From a virus (lineage: Duplodnaviria; Caudoviricetes): a DNA stretch of 55,977 nt. This document shows, one piece after another, positions 9,690 through 17,996 of this stretch. Both the position numbers and the translations under genes were made by a program. The notes under the pieces are model-generated. The model did not search any database, was not told the origin of the DNA, and saw only the letters and a program-made list of their open reading frames with translations. Numbering within the stretch: the first letter of the stretch is position 1; each line of letters opens with the position of its first letter. The stretch lies in the IMG/VR virus record IMGVR_UViG_3300021091_000089, positions 1 to 55,977 of that record. One strand, 5' to 3'.

Positions 9690-12600
9690 TGGATCTTTCC
9701 AGACTATCTGATGAGGATTTAAAGGCGCTTTCTGAAGGGCGTTTGCAAGCAGTATCAGATCGTGGTCTACGCATACTGTCTGGAGAAGCCCCGCCTGAAC
9801 CAAAAGAAGGGATGCTTGCTGCTGGTATTGGCGGATTCAAAAGCACTTTGTCACGGGGTAGAACTGCGGTTGAATCTATCTTTGACCCAGAAGGTGCAGC
9901 TCGTCGTGGTGTCGAACGTGGTGAAGAAATTAGGGAACAATACGCCCCAGGCGCCAGCCTGCAACGCGTCAAAGATGTCTATACTGAGCGTGGTTTTCTG
10001 CCTGCGGCAGGCGAAGTTATTAGCCAGATCCCCGGCGCTTTGGCGGAACAAGCCCCACAGATTGCAGCTACATTGGGTGGCGCTAAAGCAGGCGCTATGG
10101 CTGGGGCTAGATTCGGCCCTAAAGGTGCCCTAATTGGTGGTCTTGGGGGCGCTGTTGCGCCGTCTTTGGCACAGTTGTACGCCGGTAATATTGAACGCCA
10201 ATCTGAAGAAGGTGCCGAAGAAATTAGCCGTGGGCGTGCATTAGCCGCTGCTGCTCCGGGTGCTGCCTTAGAGGTGGCGTCTACTTTTATTCCTTTAGGG
10301 CGGTCACTTGTCGGTAAACTCTTAGGGCCAGAAGCACGTCAGGTTTTAGAGCGTGGCAGCGCAGAAGCAGCCGAAAGAGTTGTCCGAGATGGGCTACTAA
10401 AAACCGTCGGTAAAGGTGCAGCTGTTGGTGCGGCGGCAGAAGTGCCAACTGAAGTTATCCAGCAGATGCTGGAGCGTTTGCAAGCAGGACTGCCCGTAAC
10501 ATCAGAAGACGCTTTGGCTGAGTATGGTGAGGCTGCATATGGCGGTGCTTTAGTTGGTGGTCCGTTTGGTGCGGCTGGTCGGTTAGGGCAGCGTACGGTA
10601 GCCCGTGGTGAAAGAGAACGGGAAGAGTCTGAACGGCAGGCAGAGATTCAACGCCAAGAGGCAGCACAAGCACGCCAAGAGGCTGAAGAAGCAGAAGCCT
10701 ACAAGCTGACGCCTGAGTACAGGCAAGAGCTTAACGTCAAAATTGTAGCCAACAAAGACCGGCTGCGTGAGATTGAAACGCTGCTACAGAATAAAACCCT
10801 GGACCCTGATGTTCGGGAAGACGCCAAAGAAGAAGCTAAAGAGATTAGAAAAGAGCTGAAGCAGCTCACCAAGGACATGCAGGACGCTGTCCGTGCGTCT
10901 CGTAAAGAAGGCGAACCTACCACAGTTGAAGCAGCGATTCAACGGCAGCGTGAGCGCATGCAAGAAGAAACTGTGACTGACGAGTTTGGGAATGTAGTTA
11001 CGGTCGACACTACTTTGGATGTGCCTCAATTTGATGAACAAGGGCGCCCAATAACCCGCAAAACTAAAGAAGGCAAGACAGTATTAAAAACGGCTAAAGG
11101 GCAAATGCCTAAAGCCATGACGCCTGAAGAAGAAGCTGATGCATACCAACGCCAAGCAAATGAAACACTAAAACTATTTAAAGAACGTGAAGCTGCCCTT
11201 GAGCGTTTGCGTGAGAAAGAACAGCAAGAGAAGGTTAAAAAAGACGAAGAACTGCAAACTGGCATCCGTACTTTCTTGCAACAAACAGAAGAGATGGCTG
11301 AGCTTGAACCGGGTGCCGCTGTTGCAACTCGTGAGATGGCGGCTGAAAAGAAAACCAAAGAGGCTCAGGCTGCAGCGCAAGAAATAACGTTAGACCGTAT
11401 CCAGCTTGTGCTGGAGAACTTTGGTTTGCGTGCAGCTGGAGTACCACAAGAAAAACGCCTTGATATTGAAAGTAAAGTCAACGAAGGTCGGGTTGACCGT
11501 GTTGTAACCAGTGTTCTTGGTATTAAAGGCTTAGGTGGGCGCACAGTTAGTGCAGCTGAGGCTTTGCCAAATATCCAAAACCGGATTCAAGAACTAGAAG
11601 ATCGTCGTCAGAAAGCATTGGTTTCTAAAGACCCGCTGATGCTGGACAACGGTCAACTTACCGATAAAGGCTACGACCTTGTAGCCACAGAAGCCAAACT
11701 AAACGAACTGCGTAAGCTACAAGCCGTAGCTCAGTCACAAGCACCTGCAGAAACCGCTACCGAAGCAGGGATGGTTGGGCAGTTACAGGCTGCGTTTGCT
11801 GGGCAGACTGAAGGATTTGCTGTACCAGAAGCTCAAGGACTGCCCAGGTCTGCATATCCAGGGCGTATTGAAACTGCTAACAAAGAAGCCAGTGGTGCGT
11901 TTGATGATCTTGTCAGTTTTGTTGATGATCTTCAAAAGAAACAATACATAGGCGGTGTGGTTTCCCAACTTGCTATCCAAGACTTAAATGTATCACTACG
12001 CAAGTTGCGTACGCTTCCTCCTGATTCGCCAGAACGTAAACGCTTAGAAAGCCGCATAGCACAACAAAAGGCGGTGCTGCCAACTTCTACACGGGAAAAA
12101 CTAGAAGCAGATGTTGAGGCTTCTAAAGAACGCGTTATCAACAGCCTTGTTAACGAAGTAGCGTTTACCCGTGCACAACGAAATATGCAGCCGCTTCGTA
12201 CAGACGAAGTTCAAGTTTTTAAAGAAGATATTGCCAGCCTGTTGGATATGCTTGTGGAGCGTAGTTTGGCTCCTGCGCCAGGAATGTTGGCAGAGACGAC
12301 ATACAAAGGTGGACGTGAAACACGGCGTGGGTTGGTGGAGGGCGCTACAGAAGTTACAGAAGATCCCCGCAGCAATATCCGTCAACTCCCGTTTGGTGCG
12401 TCTGAGAAAAAACCGCGTTTATTAAATCCTGAAGAACAGAAAAAAGTAAAAGCTAGTCTCAGCCAGTTAAAGAGCGCTGCTATTCGTGCTAATAGCGTCA
12501 TGCAAAATTTAGATGCACGAATTCGTGAGTTGCCACCAGATACGCCACAGTCTGAGGTTCAAGCTCTTTTAGAAGAGCGTCGTGCACTGTTTGATGAAGC

Positions 12601-15600
12601 AGAAAAAGCCCAACGTGACTACGTAAACTATCGTACCGCTATTGGACTGAACCTAGCTTCTACAGGTGTGACGCAACAACAAGCCGTAAAAAATATTAAA
12701 GGCGTCATTCGGTCGTTGAAAGAGTCTTTAATTGAAGAAGGTAAACGGCCTGTTCGGGCAGAGCGTCCAGTCCTGCGCCAACAATTCCAAGGCTATAGGC
12801 CTGATGAGTCTTACCTTGAGCGTGGCAATAGGATTGTGCGTGACGTTCAAGATTTACTAAACAGGCCAGACATTGACCCGACAGTTGCCAGAACGCTTGA
12901 ACAGGCGGCAGACCTCATCGCCACAGAAGACGTTAATCCTACGTTCTTGGAAACTGTAGACGAACAAATAGGGCGTATAAAACGTGGCACAGACAAACCC
13001 GATGCTTCTGCTGCGCTTATTAACGACATCCAGCAGGACATGAACCAACAGCGTGCGCTACGTGCGTATGCTGAAGGTGAGCAGTTTACTATGGTGCCCA
13101 GGGGTCAGGGGTTTGCTGAGGTGGAAGTGCAGCCGGATTTGTTCCCTGAAACACGGGCCACCATGCGTGCGACCCCGACTACGTTCCAGCGCCTGCAGAA
13201 GTCCCGTGAGGTTCGCAAAGCCAAAGAGAAGATTGAAAAAGAAAAAGCGGAAACGCAACAAACCCGCAAAGCAATGCTTGAAGCTAAGCGTGAGTTAGAA
13301 AAAGAGTTAAGCGAAAAATTAGATGTAAAAAAATTGCGTAATAGAGAACGCGATTTAATAGGAAAAATTCAGACTTTAGCAAATGAAATTAGAACACGGG
13401 GAGGGTACACTGAAGCTACAGTTTCAGGGCTTCGGTATAAATGGGAAAACAGTAAAGACCCACAAGATATTCAACAGTATAAAAAAGAAATGGCAGTTTA
13501 CAATGCACGCCCTCCAGAAGAACGTGTAAAAGTAGCTAAGCCGGTGCATGCTGGTGAATGGGTAGTTGTTGGAGAATCGACATCAAAAGTTAACGTGCTT
13601 AAGATGTCTGATGAAACCGCTAAACAAGAAGCACTGGTTGACAAAAGTATTCAAAACGAAATTGTCGAATTACGTAAGTTAGAAAAAATTATCAAAAATT
13701 ATGAAGGCACTCCTTTTGAACAAGAGGCAAAAAAGAGGCTTTCGATTCAACGCGGAATTGTTATAAAAGCTGAACGGGCATTACAAGACGCTAAAGACAA
13801 AGCCAATAAATTTAAAGAAGCTTTGCAGGCTAGACTAGCGCGGGGGTTAGATTTACCCGAAACTAAAGTAGAAAGAACCCCCGTAGGCAAAGTTAAGTAT
13901 GTGAAGCCAAAAGCTGTGTACGACTTAGAAATGCAACGGTATAGGGAAGCCATAAAAGGGCTAACACCACAACAAATTAAAGACGTTCCAAAACCAACTA
14001 AGAGCACAACGGGTAACGTATACAAGCGTAGGATTGTTCAAGTCCTGGGGCCAGCAGAAGCCGACGCAACTTTTGAAGCGGAGTACCAACAACGCGCTAA
14101 CAGTTTACGTCGGATGCAGGCGTTGTCGCCTCAGGAAATGGCAGCTAAGTGGAGAGAAAAAGAAAAAGAAGCTAAAGCGGCTAGAAACTCTGCTAAAAAT
14201 GCGTTGGACAGTTTTGTATCTTCTGTTCGATCTGGCACAAAAGCAAAGAATTTTCCGCAGTACAAAAAGCTAGCAGACGTACTTGATCGTGCTGATGCAG
14301 AGTTGCGCAGTATACGAGAAAACATAAGGCTGATGAAAGCCGCTGAGTACAACCCCGACCAAGTTAAACGTAACGCCCCTGTCCGCACAACGACTGGGCC
14401 AACTAAGCCTGCACGTCTTGGCGTTACTGAAGATCAGATGTATGACCTGCTTGGTGAGCGTGGGCGGATGGTGGGTCCGCGTACCTACTCTGTGGATGAC
14501 ATACCTGATCTGAGAATCAGTGACCATGATGCTACTGGTGAAATTGACGTAAAAGCAGCCACAGACCGTTTGAAGGCGATGAAAGAAAAAGCCGAGAAAC
14601 GCGGCATCAAATTCAAGTACTACGCGGTGTCTGAAGTGCTGCCCCCTGAGATTCGTACCAGCGTGGAGCGTCTGGGCTATTACGCCAAACGTGTTAAGGG
14701 TGGTGTGATGCCTGATGGCACGGTGTTTGTTGTCATTGAATCCCATGACAGCCTTGCGGATCTGGAAAAGACCATCGCCCACGAGCTTATCGGTCACTAT
14801 GGATTTGAAGGTTTTGTTGGTGAGCAGGGGATGAAAGACCTTCTTCAGAAGGTTGAGAACACTTTTGATACTGTGTTCAAGATGGCTGACGCCATAGGCG
14901 TGGGAAAAGAAGCAGAAGATGCTGCCGTTGCTGTGTGGCGTGCCACAAACAATACCGACGCTGGCAAGATGCAGGCGCTCAAAGAAGCCATTGCGTACAC
15001 AATGGAGAAGCGTGTTGACCAGTCGTTTATGGAGAAAGCTAAGCGCTGGCTACAAGAATTAACAGGCGCCCTGCGTGCGGGTTTAAAACGCCTTGGTTTG
15101 GTGGACTCATCTAGGATGACCACCTCTGACCTGTTCTATCTGATGAAACAGGCAGACAGCAACTTCAAAGAAGGCAAGCCTATTGCTTACCGTTCAGCCA
15201 ATGGTGAAGTATCGTTTAGCGTTGGTGCTGCCAAGTACAACCCAGGCATGGAAGAAGTTGGGCGTATTGCAGACAAGATTGTGGCTCGGCAAAAGACCTT
15301 TGTGGATAAGGTCAAAGCCAACACCAGAGGTCTGGCGTTCCGCACGCAGTTCATTGACAGGCTGGCTGCACTAGAAGCACTGGTCAACAAAGGCATGTCG
15401 CGGGGTGAGATTGACTCCCTGAAGGCGGCAGACGTTATGTACTTCAGCCGCATGGCTGATCAACGCCATGGTTTCGTTGCAGCGATTGCAAACAACGGCG
15501 CCCTAAAGCTCAAAGATGTTAAGCGCCCAGATGGTAACGTTGAGAAGATCATGGAGGTCGAACCCAGCGCCAGTCTGCGGGATGTATCCGAAGCGCTACA

Positions 15601-17854
15601 GGGTGCCAATGTTGGTAACGCAGAAGCTACTGGGCGGTTGTTCACAATGTATCTGGCCGCAGAGCGTGCGGCTAATCCAAACGTTGGTAAAGACAAACTT
15701 AACTTTGGTCCTGATTTAACTGAGGCAGACTTAGCTAAAGCACGAGCAATTGGGCTTGCAAACCCTGCTTTCCAAAAAGCCCGGAAGCTGTACAACGAGT
15801 ACAACAAAGGGTTGATTAACTTTGCAGTACAGTCTGGCGCACTTAGTAAAGAGCTTGGTGATAAGCTAAATAGTACTAACGACTACGTGCCTTTTTACCG
15901 GGTACGGGAAGGGGTGGTTGACCTTGTTATTGCTGGTGAAAAACCCATTCGTATTGGCGACATAAAGAACCAGCCGTACCTGAAAGAACTTGTGGGCGGC
16001 GATCAGGCGATTATGGACTTCTTTACCTCGTCACTTCAGAACACCACCATGCTGACCGATATGGCGTTGAAGAACCTAGCCACTCGGAACGCTGCCTTTG
16101 TGATGAAAGACTTGGGGATTGGCGAGATCCAAAAGGGTACCGGGCCTGCTTCTAAGAACGTCGTACGGTTCAAACGTGACGGCATCGACTACCACCTCAC
16201 AATGGACAAGAAGGCTGTCGATACGCTCTTTGGTGAAAACTTCCCGGTTGAACTTATTGCCGAGGGTATGGAAGGCATAAAGATTTCGATGCCCTTTTTG
16301 GTTCGCGCCATGGCGCTGCCTGCCAATACACTGCGAAAGTTCATTACCCGTGACCCACGCTACGCGGTTCGCCAGCTTTTCCGTGACTCTATGGATGCGG
16401 CGCTCACCACTGGTACGAACGCTGTGCCTGTACTGGGTGCCCTGAAGCAAGCCACTAAGATGTTTAGTGGAAAGAGCGAGGAGTACCAGAAGCTGCAGCG
16501 CAGGGGCATTGTAGGTGGTCAGGTCATTACGGGCGCCCCAGAAGACATGCAAAAGATCATGCAGCACATCACCTCTGGTCGCCCAGGGTGGGACTGGGCT
16601 TTTGCTAAGCTGGATCAGATCGCGCTGGCTGGCGATGCTGCCACCCGTGCTTCTGCCTACAACTCGTTTTTGAAACAAGGTTTATCTGAACGGGAAGCTA
16701 CGCTTGCGTCGTTGGAGATTATGAACTTTGGACGACGTGGGGTTTCCCCTAGTATGTATTTCTTAAACGCCACGATCCCCTTCTTTAACGCAGGTATCCA
16801 GGGTATCGACAAGATTTACCGGGCGTTTACCGGCCAGATGCCATACAACGAGAAGCTGAAGGTACAGCAAAAGCTTATTGCCCGTGGCCTGATGATGGCG
16901 GCGTTTACCATGACCTATGCAGCCATGATGCAGGACGATGAGGCGTATGAGAACGCCACACCAGAGCAGCGCTATGGCAACTGGTTTATCCGTATCCCAG
17001 GCTTGGAAGAGCCTTTCCGTGTGCCTATCCCGTTTGAAGTTGGGCTGCTGTTTAAGTCAATCCCAGAAGGCGTCTTCAACGCCATGTTTACGGACGAGGA
17101 CACAGAAAAGATTGCAAAAGACTTGGCGAAACAGATTGGGCGGTCGTTGCCAGGGGGCATTGCAGAGTCGGGCGTTCCGATCCCTGCAGCCGTTAAACCC
17201 ATACTGGAGAACATCACCAACACCTCGTTCTTCTCCGGGCGTGACATCGTTGACGCTAGGCTGGAAGGGGTGGAGAAAGAACTTCAGTACCGCGACAAGA
17301 CGCCTGAACTTCTAAAAGCTCTGGGGCCAATCACAGCAGCATTAGGGATTTCCCCAGTACAGATGGAAAACCTTATCCGTGGTTACTTTGGCACATTGGG
17401 TATCGGCATCGTGAGTATCGCCAACCCGATTTTGGGCGCAGGTGAGGCCGGTGCCGTAGAAGGGCGCCCAAGTGAGCTGCCGATTGTGGGCGGCTTGCTC
17501 CAGCCTAACGATGCTGGTCGTGTCGTGATTGAAGCCTATGACTCCATGAAGGTGGTGGAGCGTGCGCAGCGTTCGTATAGTAAGTTGCTGGAAGAAGGCA
17601 AAGAGGAAGAAGCACAGCGGTTCTTGGAAAAGAATATTGATAAAGTATCCATGGCGTCGTTTGCAGGTTCTGTGCGGCAGCAGATGGGTGAGCTTGCCAA
17701 AGCAGAACGGGCGATCCGTGCTTTGCCTTCCGAAGATATGTCGCCCCAAGAAAAGCGCAAGGAACTTGACGAACTACGGGATATTAGAAATCTGCTGGCA
17801 AAACAGTTTATTGATGTGTCCGCAGAAATAAAACGCCAAGGCGTTTCCCAATAA
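9689..17854 (+). CDS. Large polyvalent/ejected virion protein with a zincin-like HExxxH segment and a C-terminal LPD38-type domain
   Basis: 2721 aa. N-terminal DLSRLSDEDL, Gly/Ala hydrophobic segments, long coiled coil, TIAHELIGHYG, and C-terminal IPFFNAGIQG, RVPIPFEVG and PIPAAVKPILE motifs. Confidence 0.75.
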   Translation: MDLSRLSDEDLKALSEGRLQAVSDRGLRILSGEAPPEPKEGMLAAGIGGFKSTLSRGRTAVESIFDPEGAARRGVERGEEIREQYAPGASLQRVKDVYTERGFLPAAGEVISQIPGALAEQAPQIAATLGGAKAGAMAGARFGPKGALIGGLGGAVAPSLAQLYAGNIERQSEEGAEEISRGRALAAAAPGAALEVASTFIPLGRSLVGKLLGPEARQVLERGSAEAAERVVRDGLLKTVGKGAAVGAAAEVPTEVIQQMLERLQAGLPVTSEDALAEYGEAAYGGALVGGPFGAAGRLGQRTVARGEREREESERQAEIQRQEAAQARQEAEEAEAYKLTPEYRQELNVKIVANKDRLREIETLLQNKTLDPDVREDAKEEAKEIRKELKQLTKDMQDAVRASRKEGEPTTVEAAIQRQRERMQEETVTDEFGNVVTVDTTLDVPQFDEQGRPITRKTKEGKTVLKTAKGQMPKAMTPEEEADAYQRQANETLKLFKEREAALERLREKEQQEKVKKDEELQTGIRTFLQQTEEMAELEPGAAVATREMAAEKKTKEAQAAAQEITLDRIQLVLENFGLRAAGVPQEKRLDIESKVNEGRVDRVVTSVLGIKGLGGRTVSAAEALPNIQNRIQELEDRRQKALVSKDPLMLDNGQLTDKGYDLVATEAKLNELRKLQAVAQSQAPAETATEAGMVGQLQAAFAGQTEGFAVPEAQGLPRSAYPGRIETANKEASGAFDDLVSFVDDLQKKQYIGGVVSQLAIQDLNVSLRKLRTLPPDSPERKRLESRIAQQKAVLPTSTREKLEADVEASKERVINSLVNEVAFTRAQRNMQPLRTDEVQVFKEDIASLLDMLVERSLAPAPGMLAETTYKGGRETRRGLVEGATEVTEDPRSNIRQLPFGASEKKPRLLNPEEQKKVKASLSQLKSAAIRANSVMQNLDARIRELPPDTPQSEVQALLEERRALFDEAEKAQRDYVNYRTAIGLNLASTGVTQQQAVKNIKGVIRSLKESLIEEGKRPVRAERPVLRQQFQGYRPDESYLERGNRIVRDVQDLLNRPDIDPTVARTLEQAADLIATEDVNPTFLETVDEQIGRIKRGTDKPDASAALINDIQQDMNQQRALRAYAEGEQFTMVPRGQGFAEVEVQPDLFPETRATMRATPTTFQRLQKSREVRKAKEKIEKEKAETQQTRKAMLEAKRELEKELSEKLDVKKLRNRERDLIGKIQTLANEIRTRGGYTEATVSGLRYKWENSKDPQDIQQYKKEMAVYNARPPEERVKVAKPVHAGEWVVVGESTSKVNVLKMSDETAKQEALVDKSIQNEIVELRKLEKIIKNYEGTPFEQEAKKRLSIQRGIVIKAERALQDAKDKANKFKEALQARLARGLDLPETKVERTPVGKVKYVKPKAVYDLEMQRYREAIKGLTPQQIKDVPKPTKSTTGNVYKRRIVQVLGPAEADATFEAEYQQRANSLRRMQALSPQEMAAKWREKEKEAKAARNSAKNALDSFVSSVRSGTKAKNFPQYKKLADVLDRADAELRSIRENIRLMKAAEYNPDQVKRNAPVRTTTGPTKPARLGVTEDQMYDLLGERGRMVGPRTYSVDDIPDLRISDHDATGEIDVKAATDRLKAMKEKAEKRGIKFKYYAVSEVLPPEIRTSVERLGYYAKRVKGGVMPDGTVFVVIESHDSLADLEKTIAHELIGHYGFEGFVGEQGMKDLLQKVENTFDTVFKMADAIGVGKEAEDAAVAVWRATNNTDAGKMQALKEAIAYTMEKRVDQSFMEKAKRWLQELTGALRAGLKRLGLVDSSRMTTSDLFYLMKQADSNFKEGKPIAYRSANGEVSFSVGAAKYNPGMEEVGRIADKIVARQKTFVDKVKANTRGLAFRTQFIDRLAALEALVNKGMSRGEIDSLKAADVMYFSRMADQRHGFVAAIANNGALKLKDVKRPDGNVEKIMEVEPSASLRDVSEALQGANVGNAEATGRLFTMYLAAERAANPNVGKDKLNFGPDLTEADLAKARAIGLANPAFQKARKLYNEYNKGLINFAVQSGALSKELGDKLNSTNDYVPFYRVREGVVDLVIAGEKPIRIGDIKNQPYLKELVGGDQAIMDFFTSSLQNTTMLTDMALKNLATRNAAFVMKDLGIGEIQKGTGPASKNVVRFKRDGIDYHLTMDKKAVDTLFGENFPVELIAEGMEGIKISMPFLVRAMALPANTLRKFITRDPRYAVRQLFRDSMDAALTTGTNAVPVLGALKQATKMFSGKSEEYQKLQRRGIVGGQVITGAPEDMQKIMQHITSGRPGWDWAFAKLDQIALAGDAATRASAYNSFLKQGLSEREATLASLEIMNFGRRGVSPSMYFLNATIPFFNAGIQGIDKIYRAFTGQMPYNEKLKVQQKLIARGLMMAAFTMTYAAMMQDDEAYENATPEQRYGNWFIRIPGLEEPFRVPIPFEVGLLFKSIPEGVFNAMFTDEDTEKIAKDLAKQIGRSLPGGIAESGVPIPAAVKPILENITNTSFFSGRDIVDARLEGVEKELQYRDKTPELLKALGPITAALGISPVQMENLIRGYFGTLGIGIVSIANPILGAGEAGAVEGRPSELPIVGGLLQPNDAGRVVIEAYDSMKVVERAQRSYSKLLEEGKEEEAQRFLEKNIDKVSMASFAGSVRQQMGELAKAERAIRALPSEDMSPQEKRKELDELRDIRNLLAKQFIDVSAEIKRQGVSQ

Positions 17855-17996
17855 TACCCACCACTGCCTTGCCCATCACCCTAGCGATGAGGGCGGCTTT
17901 CATTCCTTCTTGTAGCGTCTTTTCGGTGTCTAGGCAGGGGACAAAGAACCCCTGCCCCTTTTCAAGCTGCTTCCATGGGTATCGGATCTTCATCAT
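17808..17996 (-). CDS. Small conserved phage protein (YPW..L..G.GFFVP family)
   Basis: IRYPWKQLEKGQGFFVPC motif; start trimmed to an ATG; last gene of the minus-strand block. Confidence 0.65.
   Translation of the reverse strand: MMKIRYPWKQLEKGQGFFVPCLDTEKTLQEGMKAALIARVMGKAVVGIIGKRLGVLFLRTHQ

Noticed and set aside
800-17831. Numerous antisense and alternate-frame ORFs inside the large virion genes (also throughout the replication and head genes)
   Set aside because: They are shadow ORFs of long coding frames, with no RBS or motif support.
9689-17854. N4-like virion RNA polymerase
   Set aside because: The size is suggestive, but I found no convincing single-subunit RNAP motif set. The C-terminus looks LPD38-type, and sigma70 promoters are present.
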